A stretch of DNA of 64,000 nucleotides, counting the filler, from Circinaria calcarea (lineage: Eukaryota): the NCBI GenBank assembly GCA_051942165.1. It is 19 parts of 19 records of this genome, joined end to end, with 100 filler letters (N's around TTAATTAATTAA, not from the genome) between each part and the next. Parts side by side here need not be neighbours in the genome. Positions count along the whole stretch, not along the records: positions 10,188 to 13,482 come from JAVECS010002908.1; positions 13,583 to 16,875 come from JAVECS010002909.1; positions 16,976 to 20,265 come from JAVECS010002910.1; positions 20,366 to 23,654 come from JAVECS010002911.1; 15 more parts are not named here. One strand, written 5' to 3'. Each line of letters starts with the position of its first letter. Position 1 is the stretch's first letter. This document shows positions 10,330 to 22,944 of this stretch, one piece after another. The notes below the pieces were generated by a model. It had not been told where the DNA came from, did not search any database, and saw only the letters and a list, made by a program, of their open reading frames with translations. The position numbers and the translations under genes were made by a program.

Positions 10330-12360
10330 TGAGCCTTCCGATCCTTAATTACTTGTCTTTTAATTAATTCATCTTCTTCTTTAACCGCCTGATGCTCTCT
10401 AGCAGCCTGCACCCTTAATAAATTAAAAAATTGAGGTCTAGAATCCTTTTTATTAAGTAGATTAAGACGTTTATTTTTATTTCGACGTTTCTTCTCTTAC
10501 TAAAAGGCGTTAAGTAGCCCTTTAATAACGTGTTGATTAATAGAACGTTCCGCAGCAAGGCGTTCGTTTACGCGAAAGATTTTCGATATAAATATATCTT
10601 TTGGCTTAAATTTATATACGCGATATAAACGACGAATAATACGGTAGCTGATTAGTGTTTTTAATAATATAGAAGCCTCAATTAGCTGTTTTTTAATAAT
10701 TTTATCGAGAATAAAATTTAATTTATATAGAAATACGCCGGTTTTCTCGAATCTAGAAATAATATTCTTTTAATAAAATGCGCGTTATCAGGCAGGTTAA
10801 AAAATATTTTAAAAAGCATATTTAAATATGCTTATTATATCTAAATTATTAAATAATAACCGGTTTAAATCTTGTGTATAATAATTCGTTAGCGGAATAA
10901 AAAGAGAAATATTAAGGGGCTGTAAACGATGTGTAGTATACGGCGGTAAAATAAATAATAGAATATGAAATGAATTATATATATTAATAAATTTTATATT
11001 TATATGATTGAAATGATTATTTATTAATAGTAGACGTTTTCTATTATCTGTTTTTGATGCCGTATAACGCTGGAATATCGTTTCTAGCCATTTTAGGCTA
11101 ATTTCATCAGAATTCCAGCCTTTCGATGATACGGCGAAATATGTCTCTTGATCCGGAATGTAAGGGCGCTGCAATCCTTGAGGCCTAATGAGGAATATGT
11201 TAAGCCTCGATTGGTGATAGCACGGTTACATAGAACGTAGTCAAACTGTTGTTCTAGGCTCAATACAAGAAGTATGTATTGAACTCGTTATGGGTCTATA
11301 AGCATGCTATTCTAAAGAGCGGGAACAGCCTGCTATATATAACACTCTGCTCACTGTGCTCATCTTCCCGAGCACCATGAGCATACCGAGCATTCCGCTC
11401 ACCCTGCTCACCCTGCTCACCTCCATGAGCACCATGAGCATACTGAGCATTCCCACGGTGGAGGTTCCCCCGACCCGTGGTCCTATCCCAACCGGGCCTA
11501 GTGCATGTCATGGCGGGCACGCCATAACACGGTGCTTAATCCTTTATTTAAGTGTCTTAAAATGTACCGGAATCGCTTTGATATATTAAAATTAATAATA
11601 ATACGATTCCGGTAGCGCTGATATTGGTTAATAGGGTAATAAACTCCCTACTGCTATTTTAACTTATATATATAATCTAATCAGAAACGAGAGCTTCTAG
11701 CGTTATAATATATTATATAATATTTATTATACCGATTAAAAAGCCTTTCTTATCCCAATTATATATATTATCAGCCGTAATATGGTATTTTTTATAGATA
11801 TTAAATAACTAAGAAAAAATTAATATTATAATTATAATATAGCCAATTGAGGCTTATTAAATCGTAGAATTATTTAAATATAGGTGTATATTCGGATTAT
11901 ATATATACTTTATCGATATTGCGTAGATATAGGCTTATAAGTTTTTTTTTATGCCTCCGTATAAAACCCTTTGTCCAATTCTTTCTAATAGGGCCGCCCA
12001 GCACTTCTTTTATAAGATTCCGTATAATCCTGCTAATCGGAGGTATTCCTCGGTCGGTTAGGCGATTGATTTAGCCTATCAATACTTTTTTTTGATTATT
12101 AATAAATCGTTGAAGGTATTCGGAGGCGGCGTCTTGGCGAGATATGGTTTGACCCTTCCAGCGTTTTTTTAAAATATTTTCGACTAGGCTGTATTTTCTG
12201 GCGGTGGCCCGTATATTCGGGTGTAATTAGGCGTTTAGATTTATAAAAACTGAATTAATTGAGGCCATATTGGTGGAATAATGATTTTTTGAAATGGTAG
12301 GTGGAATGCGGGGAAAATGCGGCATTCGGCCGGATGCGGCATAGCTCAGGGATCTCTGGT
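10330..12360 (-). mobile_element. RIP-degraded Fot1/pogo (Tc1-mariner superfamily, DDE_1) DNA transposon; transposase pseudogene from ATG 12268
   Basis: Very AT-rich, TpA-enriched. Remnants MASIN...PNIRATARKY (HTH), LIYQSDSGT, YFAVSSKGWNSDEISLKWLETIF, RLLLINNH, LPPYTTHRLQPLNISLF; many TAA stops where CAA/TGG are expected. Possible terminus with repeated ATGCCGCAT near 12305-12360. Confidence 0.88.
11159..11529. mobile_element. ~371-bp solo-LTR-like insertion in the transposase
   Basis: TGTAAG...TAACA termini, higher GC, internal 9-nt repeats (GCTCACCCT, GAGCACCAT); interrupts the transposase between ...QDTW-like and PDQETYF. Target duplication only partial (CGGAA / CGGTG). Confidence 0.65.
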
Positions 12361-13582
12361 AGTAGAAACGTGGAGCTGAAGTCACAGATGCCAGAAGTGC
12401 TCAGACATGTGACCAAGTAAGTAAGTAGAGCTACTTTCCGATGCGAGTACTCCGTCCTCCGTAAGCCGAAGAGTCAACAACTAACGCTTCCGCTGGCCAT
12501 AAATATACCTCAGGCCACGGGGAAACTGAGTCTCTCCGGCCGCTAAGGTTTCTTACGCCAAAATTTTGTACTGGGAAACTGAATTGAGGTTTCCCACGCC
12601 AAATGGTTTCTCCGGCGCTAAGGTTTCCCGTTGACCAGGTGCTTGGCAGATCGGAAATATTTCTATTGACCAAGTTCTTCAAGTTTGGAACCTCCAATTA
12701 CCTTACAAAGGGACCATACCAGATTTATCCCGATAGCCGAACGCCATCAGCCAGACTCAGAATCATCAAGCCGTCCTCCGTGGGCAGTTCAACCTTGATA
12801 GCAAGTCAAACAGACCAATCCCCCTGGCCGTACAACGGCATCAATCAAGACGTTGGGCTGAAGGATATCAACGTTCAGCAAAGCTACCAGGTCGCTTATC
12901 GGGACCCAACGTCAACACGATGATCTCTTACTAAAGCAATTCGAGTCCAAGGATACTGCGGTTAGTCATTCTGATATAGTCTGACCGGTAAAAATTTGCG
13001 GCTGTATCTTTTTACGTAGGCGTGTCCGTTAATGCGGTTGATTCGAGCCTGGCTGTGAAAACCACGGGAGTGCAATCGAAATGTGGAGGGGATATCACCG
13101 GAATTGGATTCAAATCCCAATAGCACTGCTGTTTGGTGGTCTGGTGGTTTCCCCTCCTGTTTTCTGGCGGTATGTGGACTTCAGAGGCCGCCCGATTATC
13201 TCGCCTCCCCTTTGCGGTCCAATTAGAATGATGGATTCTGGAGTGGTTATAGCATGCATATCCTGGGACATACTCTACCGTAACTCAGATGTACACCGTG
13301 GTCGCCAGGGCGCTAACCTAGGGATATGACGTTCGTATGCCCTCATTGGTCAAAACATCAAATTCCAACGCTCCATCTTCGTGCATAGTTGCAACAATCG
13401 CCATAATTCCATTAAGGCACACGGAAGGGGCCGGTGCATTTGTAAAATCTAAAACCCCCCCCCACCCTAATCTCCTACAAAANNNNNNNNNNNNNNNNNN
13501 NNNNNNNNNNNNNNNNNNNNNNNNNNTTAATTAATTAANNNNNNNNNNNNNNNNNNNNNNNNNNNNNNNNNNNNNNNNNNNN

Positions 13583-14871
13583 GAGCAAAACGTGTGAGTC
13601 TTTAGGGCGTGCTGGATAAAAGCTTTCTAGAAAGTGTATAGATGCTTCTTCTGTTCCGGCTTTCCTTTGAGGGATCCGATGGCGAAGGGTTACATGAGAC
13701 GAGTGTGGCGCTCCTGACGGGTCTAATGGCGGCCAAACAAGGTTCTGCAAGAAGTTCATAGTAGGCCAGTCAACATCAGGAGGCAGCTCGATGGTCAGAT
13801 GAGGGCGTCGAGTACCGAAATAATCAGCAGCCTCAATTGATTTGAGAAGCCTGATGAGGGATCCTGATGACTTCCTGGGCGCATGAACAACAATTTCCAC
13901 GTGGGTTTTGTGCCATGCTACGAGGTTTAGCTCAGAGGACGGCAAAAGCTTTTTCTTGGACTTACCACTCAGAGAACCAGTATCGAGACGCGTAATCCAC
14001 ATAAGAGTTTTTGTGGCGTCAGGTGGGAGCTCAATCACAGGCCTTCCGGTGTAGTAACCATGTGAGCGAACTCCTTTTACAAAGACAACTTCTTCCTTGC
14101 TAGAACCATCGATAATGTGAACCTGTGGATGCATGAAACTGCGGATATGTGCCAGAGCCGAGCTCACGCTGACTTCCATTCGAAAATCAGAACTCCAGGG
14201 AGAGTAGTCCGGCCGAGCATCTACCATAACCCATTAGCATTTGCCATGAATTATCAAGTATAATTCCCACCGTGCCAAGAGATATCACACTCTGCACCCA
14301 CCCCATTGACGGTTTGAATATCCTCAAGTAAGAGATCCTCTCGTCCCATGATTGCAAAGTGTACAATATTCCGGTTCCACCTTGCCATTTCGCAAGCCAT
14401 CGGTATCAACCTTGAAGCGCTCTGTAGGTTTGCGGCGGAAAACAGAACATTCTTATTGGGCTCGCGGTACCCCTTGGTCCACGCGATATCATATAAAGAA
14501 GCAGCGAGATAGGGATATTTGATCGGCCCATCGTAAAAGTGTTTCTCGGACTTCGACTTGGCAGCTGGATGCGGTAATTGAGGCGTATCCGAGTAAGACA
14601 AAGGTAATCCAGCGAGCGAGTGGCCCGGCACTCTGGTATCAATTCTTTGGGAGACTGGTCCTAGATTTGTAGGGATGTTCTTGACGAAGAGGTAGAGCAC
14701 CAATACAGCTACCAAGCCATAGACCACCCTTCTTCGTCGCATTCGCGGTGTAGGCTTCGATGTGACCCATGACCAAGAGGGAACCGGAACTGTACCATTA
14801 CCGGGTCTATGGTCATTATTTTTCTTTCCGAGCTCCTCATCGCGAGCAAAGGTCCGTCCTGGCAAGGGCAT
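13583..14871 (-). CDS. Conserved type II membrane protein, putative glycosyltransferase-like (multi-exon, 3' truncated)
   Basis: N-terminal DEELGKK, basic stretch plus TM helix (VVYGLVAVLVLYLFV), then NVLFSAANLQSASRLIPMACEMARWNRN, WHDARPDY, SLIRLLKSIEAADYFG; GT-AG introns join ORFs 14254-14871 and 13535-14227. Confidence 0.75.
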
Positions 14872-15392
14872 TTGTCCTTGGACAATCCCAGCTCAACCGA
14901 AACTTAGGGATAGACGTTGGGGTATCATCCAGTACAGGAGCAGCGCATGTACGTCCCACAATTCAAGCATAACTTGGATTGGAAAAGAGACCTTGAATCC
15001 GCTAACATGTTGACGCAAAGTAGCCAGTCTTTCATGGAGCTCAAGCTCGAGATAGACATTTAGGTGTTTTGATCTTGCACAAGCGATCACTGTCACGCGA
15101 CTAGTGGTCGATATTAGCTATGTAGCCCTACGAACAAGGCCCCCTTCATGGTCATTCTCAAGGAATACACATCTAATCCAGTAAACCAGAGAAGTATCAA
15201 AAATCTATCTGTGGTTCTTCTAATTCACTCATACTCAATGCTCTTTGCCATTCTCCTTTTCTGTTGGCTTAATCCATTATTCTCTCGCGGTTTGTCTAAC
15301 TGAATACTCCACGGCAAGTTTATCTGGAAAAGATAATAGCCTTTGGTTCATGATTACCAAGTTACAATTGTGCTCCAGAAAGCGAGTAAATA

Positions 15393-16875
15393 ATGGCAGA
15401 CGCAATGGATATTGATGTCCTCGGGCCAAGAGGAATTAAAAGAAAGGCCGAAGACAATCGACCAGTCCCAGACGCACCGAAAAGAATCAAGGTGGCTTCT
15501 CCTAGGTCATTCTTGGGTCTAAAGAGGGAACTGATGGTGAAGATCAGGCTCTCGCTCAAGATGTGGTCAACAAGATTGCCGCTGGAGAAATCATTGTGGC
15601 GCCCATGCATGCTCTCAAGGAGTTGATCGAGAATGCCGTTGATGCCGGGTCAACATCCTTGGAGATCGTTGTCAAAGACGGTGGTCTCAAACTCCTACAG
15701 ATTACTGACAACGGTCATGGGATCAACGTAAGCTCCTGGTCATCTGTTACAACAACCAGTAGAGCTCTTTCTAATATGGGAGCTAGAAAGATGACATGAC
15801 TATCCTCTGCGAGCGGTTCACAACGTCTAAGCTCAAGGCCTTTGAAGATCTGACGTCTATAGGGACGTATGGCTTCCGAGGGGAGGCATTAGCCAGCATC
15901 AGTCACATAGCACATCTGACAGTCACCACTAAAACCGCAGACTCCAGCTGTGCCTGGCGAGCACACTACTCTGATGGTAAACTGGTTCCCGCAAAGCCCG
16001 GACAGAGTGCGGAGCCGAAGCCAACAGCCGGTCGAGGTGGTACGCAGATTACGGTAGCGGTTCCCTTGGATTCGTGAAGCCATCGGCCCAGCTGAATCGA
16101 TCTCTAGGTAGAAGACTTGTTTTACAATATCAGACAGCGCCAGAAAGCCTTCAAATCCCACAGCGAAGAATACGCCAAGATCCTCGATGTCGTCGGCCGC
16201 TACGCCGTCCACTGCGAAGGCGTCGCCTTTTCCTGCAAGAAACACGGCGATTCCGTCATGGGCATCTCCATCTCCGCCAGCGCAACAACAGTCGATCGAA
16301 TCCGGCAGATCCACGGCAGCGCCGTCGCCAGCGAACTCGTCCGGTTCGACGTCAGCGACGACAAATGGGGCTTCCATGCCTCCGGCTGGACCAGCAATGC
16401 CAACTACCACGTCAAGAAAACCACCCTCCTCCTCTTCATCAACCACCGCGCCGTCGAATCCTCGGCCATCAGGAAAGCCATCGATCACACCTACGCCGCC
16501 TTCCTCCCCAAAGGCGGCCACCCCTTCACCTACCTCAGCCTCGACATCGACCCCACGCGTGTTGACGTGAACGTGCACCCCACCAAGCGCGAAGTCAACT
16601 TCCTCAACGAGGACGAAATCATCGAATCCGTCTGCGCCGCCATCAGCGCCCAGCTCTCCAAAGTCGATACCAGCCGCACCTTCATGACGCAGTCTCTCCT
16701 CCCCGGCACCAAAATCCCCACCATCACCACCACCACCGCCCCCTCATCTCTTTCCTCTACTCGCCGCTCCAACTTAAACCCAGACTCCCCCAACACAGCC
16801 GTTCCCTCGACTACCTCCAAACCCACCCCGGCCAAACGCAACGAATCCTCCCTCGTGCGCACAGACCCCCAACTC
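15393..16875 (+). CDS. MLH1: DNA mismatch repair protein Mlh1 (MutL family), N-terminal GHKL ATPase half (3 introns, 3' truncated)
   Basis: [69 protein letters not shown]. Confidence 0.97.
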
Positions 16876-16975
16876 NNNNNNNNNNNNNNNNNNNNNNNNN
16901 NNNNNNNNNNNNNNNNNNNTTAATTAATTAANNNNNNNNNNNNNNNNNNNNNNNNNNNNNNNNNNNNNNNNNNNN

Positions 16976-19423
16976 AGAATAACATCGTTGAATGAAAGCT
17001 ACGAGACTTTGAAGAAGCGCGAGGTAGAGCTTACAGAATGGCGGTGGGTATTGAGAGAAGCTGGAGGTTTCTTTGACCGAGTAGGACTACACTTTCTCTC
17101 TTTTCTCGACTACAACTCAAGCTGATAGGCTTTCAAGGCGCACGGGAACGTTGATGAAATTCGCCAATCCACCGACAACGATGAAGCGCCACTGCTGCAG
17201 GATGTTGAACAGCAACCTAGAGGTCAAAATGGAGATATCCAGAGCCAGTCGCTTGCGGTGATGAACATTGGCTTTGTCGCGGGCGTTATACCTAGAGAGC
17301 GTATAGCGGCTTTTGAACGAATCTTGTGGCGAACGCTACGGGGTAATCTCTACATGAACCAATCTGAGATACCGGAACCTATCATCGATCCTACAAACAA
17401 CGAAGAAACCCACAAAAACGTATTCGTCATCTTTGCTCACGGGAAGGAGATTATTGCCAAGATACGCAAGATCTCCGAATCTCTGGGTGCAGAGCTGTAT
17501 AGCGTGGACGAGAACAGCGATTTAAGACGGGATCAAATTCACGAGGTAAACACCCGATTAGAGGATTTGGCAAACGTGCTTCGTAATACCCAACAGACCT
17601 TGAATGCAGAACTTACACAAATCGCGCGCAGTTTGGCTGCTTGGATGGTGGTCATCAAGAAAGAGAAGGGTGTCTATCAGACATTAAACAGGTGTTCATA
17701 TGATCAAGCCAGGAAGACGCTGATTGCAGAGGCCTGGTGTCCGACCAACTCACTACCGCTCATTAAATCTACTCTTCAAGATGTCAACGATCGGGCCGGC
17801 CTTTCTGTTCCTACGATCGTCAATCAAATCAAGACCTCGAAAACACCACCTACGTATAACAAGACGAACAAATTCACCGAGGCGTTCCAGACTATCATTA
17901 ATGCTTACGGGACTGCCAAGTATAGGGAAGTGAACCCGGGCCTACCAACCATAGTGACATTTCCGTTTCTCTTCGCTGTCATGTTTGGAGATTGTGGCCA
18001 CGGCTTTCTTCTGGCTTCTGCTGCCACTGCCTTTATCTATTGGGAGAAGCCCCTCCAGAAGTCGAAGCTCGATGAGATTATATCGATGGCTTTCTATGGA
18101 AGATACATTATGCTAATGATGGGCATTTTCTCCATCTATACGGGCCTGATCTACAACGATTGTTTCTCCAAAGCCATAAGCCTTTTCCCTAGCCAGTGGT
18201 ACTGGCCGCCGGCACCGGACGGATACAAAGAGGGCCAAACCCAATATGCTAAGAAACATGATGATTACGTATATCCCTTTGGGATGGATTGGAATTGGCA
18301 TGACGCCGAGAACGACCTGCTCTTTTCAAACAGCTACAAAATGAAATTGAGTATCATATTGGGTTGGGCCCATGTAAGTAATTTGGCCTTGGAATAAGGT
18401 CCGAGGTTAACGTTTCTCGCAGATGACATATTCCCTATGCTGGTCGTACGTCAACGCTCGACATTTCAAGTCACCCATCGACATCTGGGGTAACTTTGTT
18501 CCTGGAATGATCTTCTTCCAGTCCATCTTCGGCTACCTAGTATTCACCATCATCTATAAATGGTCGATTAATTGGCTTGAACTCCAGGGAAACGCGCCCA
18601 GTTTATTGAACATGCTAATCTACATGTTCCTCCAACCAGGCAATGTCGAGGATCAGTTGTATTCTGGTCAGGCGACTTTACAGGTCATACTCGTACTCAT
18701 GGCCGTTGTATGCGTACCGATTCTTCTGCTTCTAAAGCCATTATACCTTCGATACGAGAATAACAAAGCTCGTGCCATGGGCTATCGAGGAATCGGGGAA
18801 ACATCACGTGTTAGCGCACTTGATACGGATGATGAGAACGGACGCTTGATGAATGGAGCTCGGGATAGCATAGGGTCTGATCATGAGGCTGCTGCTATGA
18901 TTACTCAGGACATTGGCGATGAAGAACATGAAGAGTTTGAATTCTCCGAGGTGATGATTCATCAGACTATTCATACCATTGGTGAGTTGGGCCGTGCATT
19001 ATGTCAACTTATGCTTACCGTACTCAGAGTTTTGTCTCAACTGCGTGTCACATACCGCATCATATCTTCGACTATGGGCCTTGTCACTGGCGCATCAGCA
19101 GCTTTCTGTTGTCTTGTGGACCATGACGATTGGCAATGCCTTCCAGAAGACGGGTGCCCTGGGAGTTGCTATGACTGTTGTCACCTTCTACGTGTGGTTG
19201 GTGTTGACCGTATTTGTGTTGATAGTGATGGAAGGTACCTCAGCTATGCTTCATTCGCTACGGCTACACTGGGTAGAAGCAATGTCAAAGGTTGGTGGTC
19301 TTGCTTTCTCCCTATCTGGCAATCCTTTGCTAACAGAAGTGGAAATAGCACTTCATCGGAGACGGTGTAGCCTTTGAGCCGTTCAGTTTCAAGCTCCTGC
19401 TCGAAGAGGACGCGAACGAGTAA
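16976..19423 (+). CDS. VPH1: V-type H+-ATPase V0 subunit a (5' truncated, multi-exon)
   Basis: [33 protein letters not shown]...[55 protein letters not shown]; stop at 19421-19423. Confidence 0.97.
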
Positions 19424-19929
19424 ACATGGGCTTGGTGGGGCTGATGGAGCCGTTCTTGTACTGTATTGTAGGTGGGCATGGGTCCCAATGGAGTGTTGGG
19501 TTGTACGGCATAGCCCCCTCATACCTAGATGTTTATATTGAAATTGATCCTTTGTGAAACGCTTGGCTCTATGATGGCACGCTTGATTTCTTCCCCACTA
19601 CTGCGCTTTAGTGTTTGAAGGGAGATTGCTAATCTTTATCATGGCACACTGCCCATACAATATATATATATTGGCCCGATATCGCCCACCGCTTCCTTAG
19701 ACCCACGAATAGCTAACACACCAGTTTTTCCCGTCGGCTGAGCTAACCCCCGTAAAATTCCAACTTTTTTTTCCCTAGGGAATTACAGATACACACCCGT
19801 ATACACCATCCTACCGGCGCCTGACCTGCCGACGTGCTTCTTGAACACATTACCGATCAAAAGACGCCCACACTTGGTCCCGCCAAGCCGAATCGAGGAT
19901 TTTTTTTCCGGCCTTTTGTCGTTATGGTG

Positions 19930-20265
19930 TTAAGGCGTTGGCGGATGGCTTGGCTTGGCTGTGCACGCCCTATTCTTCTGGAGATCCGGGGGCACCTTTG
20001 TTTTTTCTTTCTTTTTTTTCCAAATCTCCCGGACCCCTCCGTAATGGAAACCCAAGGGCCCCGGGTTTGTCCCGCCGATGACCCCTTGTTTCCAGAACTG
20101 CTCGTGCTCGGCTTTATTCGGCGCCTGCCCGGGTCCCTGGGCAGGGGGTAGTTGATGTACCCGCTCCAGGAGAACGCCCCCGACTCCGCGAACTCCTTCG
20201 AGACCGTGCACGCGTCCTCGGTGTTGAGGTACCTGTTGATGAACGCCGCGACCACGTACTTGCCC
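19930..20265 (-). pseudogene. GC3-rich coding-like fragment of unknown family, apparently frameshifted
   Basis: About 47 codons with almost all G/C third positions (GKYVVAAFINRYLNTEDACTVSKEFAESGAFSWSGYINYP); protein-like sequence then continues in another frame (NKAEHEQFWKQGVIGG...LGFHYGGVREIW). Confidence 0.4.
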
Positions 20266-20368
20266 NNNNNNNNNNNNNNNNNNNNNNNNNNNNNNNNNNN
20301 NNNNNNNNNTTAATTAATTAANNNNNNNNNNNNNNNNNNNNNNNNNNNNNNNNNNNNNNNNNNNNTTG

Positions 20369-20483
20369 TAATAGTACTTAAAGTTTTCAACCGGTTGGGT
20401 GGTGCTGCTGGATGTAGCTGAATGGTTACAGTAGTTAGATCGAAAGGTCGGCGAAACTAGCCTACAACCAGTCATATGGAGGT
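20369..20483 (+). repeat. 115-bp direct repeat, copy 1 (inside the nuo9.5 intron)
   Basis: Near-identical to 21206-21320 (TAATAGTA.TTAAAGTTTTCAACCGGTTGGGTGG...CCAGTCATATGGAGGT). Confidence 0.9.
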
Positions 20484-20488
20484 CTCAC

Positions 20489-20672
20489 TAGGATAAGTCA
20501 ACGGCACCCTCTCCCTCGGCCCATCCCCCAGCGCCTTCCTTACAGGCGGCACCACGACCAAGACCACCGGGCCTAAGCTGCCGACGACACAGGAGTAGAA
20601 AATCGCGGGTTTGGCGACCGAGGCCCAGCGGAGGTAGAGGAGGGGGTTTTTGAAGAAGCGGGGGGTTGACAT
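20489..20672 (-). CDS. nuo9.5: NADH:ubiquinone oxidoreductase 9.5-kDa subunit (NDUFA3/B9-like), exon 1; exon 2 beyond the contig edge
   Basis: MSTPRFFKNPLLYLRWASVAKPAIFYSCVVGSLGPVVLVVVPPVRKALGDGPRERVPLTYP followed by a GTGAG donor. Confidence 0.88.
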
Positions 20673-21205
20673 GCTAGATTTTTGTTGTGGATTTTGGTAT
20701 GGATTTGGGGGTTTTTGGGAGGTGTGTTTGAAGGTTGGAGGCGGGGTGGACGTGGCTGTTGGGGAGGTAGACGGGTTAGAGGGCCAGAGGAGGATGGAGG
20801 GGCAACTGACAGAGCGGCGAGATACGGGGGATTTTGGGTGCAAAGTTCCACGGCAAGAAGGGGATAGGTAAGGGCAATGAGGAAGGGCTTTATTTCGCTC
20901 AAGGGGGCCGGGAATTAGGGAACACGCTGCTGTAAGCTAAAGTGAGTTTTGAGGTTCAAGAGAGTGATTGGGTGGACAGCAAATATTGTCCGAGCTCCAA
21001 TCTACAATCGAAAGCTTTATCCGCGCGACTTGCCGCTTTAAGCGAGTGTGTGGTGTGAGGCGCGACCAAGGGCGGTAAATAATTCTCGCGGTTAATATAG
21101 ATATTGGTGATTTATGTGTGTTTTGAAAATATTTACCCATACTACCTCGCTAAAGAAAACCAGAGGTCCTACCTAGGGTAACGAGAAATCGTGGCGTATA
21201 TATTA

Positions 21206-21320
21206 TAATAGTATTTAAAGTTTTCAACCGGTTGGGTGGTGCTGCCTGGATGTAGTCGAATGGTTACAGTAGTTAGATCGAAAGGTCGGCGAACCTAACC
21301 GACACCAGTCATATGGAGGT
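21206..21320 (+). repeat. 115-bp direct repeat, copy 2, followed by a B-box-like GAGTTCGATTCCC (21382-21394) and a T-run
   Basis: Direct alignment to 20369-20483; contains A-box-like TAGTCGAATGG. Confidence 0.9.
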
Positions 21321-21699
21321 AGCTTATCCTGCACGCATACCTTGCCGGCCAAAAAAATTCTTTTTGGACCTCATAGGTCCTGAGTTCGATTCCCGTCAAT
21401 GCCCCGGCCCACCTTCTACTTTTGCTGCGCCAACACAGAAAGATTTTCTTTCGAATATGCCCAAGTGATAAAGAATTCGGCAGAATCCGGGCACCGGCAA
21501 GGAGAAAAGGTGAGTACGAGGTTCACGTTTTTAGCAAACATATACACTGTAAACTAGTTAGGTGTGGTATATAAGAAGTAACTCGCTATTAGCAGCATCG
21601 TATCGGTTTAAAAAAAGGTAAGTAGATAAATAGTTCATCCGACGCACAGCTGCCCTGCAACCCTCTCCTCCACACCTTGCCCACCCCAACCCTCTCATC

Positions 21700-22400
21700 G
21701 AAACCCGCAACGCCCCTTCACCAGCACGGAAGCCTGTAGAATTTCCCCAAACATAACTCAGTGCAGCGTAATCCTCGCTCGGATGAACCCAGATTATATA
21801 TTACTGCAATATATCAATGACTCTAGATGCTGACAACTCACCCCCGCACCCTTATTGGAACCAGAATAGGTCTGTATACTCGCTATGGTGCTCATTACAG
21901 CTGCTAAGGCACAATCGAAGAAGATCTCTATTTATTAGCGGCGTTAGACGCCTTGCACAGAGATGTTTTGAGATATCCGGGGGTACAGAGTTCGCAAGCA
22001 GCACCAACGAAGACCAGTTATGGCTCATCTAGCTCTGTGGTGATCCGAAGCCAGAACACATACGGCCGTTGGGACGCACCGAATTTGCCTCCTGCTGTAC
22101 ATGGTTTGAGACTGACTTGCCGCCGTCCAAAGCTGGCATCCTGACATAGCTCTCCCGGAAGTTGGTTCAAAGGAGTTGGGCCATTACTCATTGCCCAAAC
22201 TACGAGACGGCAGAAAAAAACAGATTACCCGGTTCAAAATCTCATCGTAAAAGCCCAGAGCTTTGTCTGGGCGACCATTGTATCCGCCTTTGACTTGAGC
22301 TATAAAATCGTCAACTGATTAGGTTCAGATCCTTGCACACATCGCATAAATGCGACTTCAGCGGTGGTGGATTGTCATCCGGCAGACACTCTCTGACTGC
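21700..22400 (-). pseudogene. HET-domain (heterokaryon incompatibility) pseudogene
   Basis: Manual translation: LCDVCKDLNL...INRDLLRLCLSSCNEHH...RVIDILQ*...EDYAALSYVWG. This is the RxIDx...YxALSYVWG signature at the start of the HET domain, broken by in-frame TAA stops. Confidence 0.75.
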
Positions 22401-22944
22401 AAATGGAGCTGATAATCCGAAATATCTCGGAGGCCTGTAGCCATTATGAAAATACATCTTACACGGGAGTGTAAAAGCAGCAGGATATAAGTATTCACGT
22501 ATTTTCTCTGCACCTCTGATTAAACCAAGAGCGCCAGTCTGTACTAGGAATATCTCCAGGCAACCTCGCTTATAGATTATCTGTGAGAATTTGTAAAAGA
22601 CGAAGAAGGTTGATAAATCAGGCAAAGCGGAAGTACCTTCCAAAACTCACCTGTAGGGTCGCAGATTTGAGGTTTTATAAGCGCAGTCATTTTACATTAG
22701 CTACAGTGAGCTCAAACTGCGTAGGAATCGTTAGAAAGACCGAGTAAATTCTGACAGGATTGTCATAATCTACATTTTCATTGGAATTCTATGTAGTTGC
22801 TCATTATACTCTCCCCTGGCGCGGCTCACGCGATAACCGCACTAACAGCTATTCGATAACCGTATTCCATGTCTTGGCAAAGGTACACCTGTCTCCAAAG
22901 CCCAAATCCACATGATTTGACCCGGGAGCAGGCCAACTCACACA

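Noticed and set aside
20369..20483. 115-bp repeat as 5S rRNA, TPP riboswitch or hammerhead/HDV ribozyme
   Set aside because: No 5S match; lacks CTGAGA, CTGANGA and the HDV P3/L3 core. Kept only as an unclassified structured candidate.
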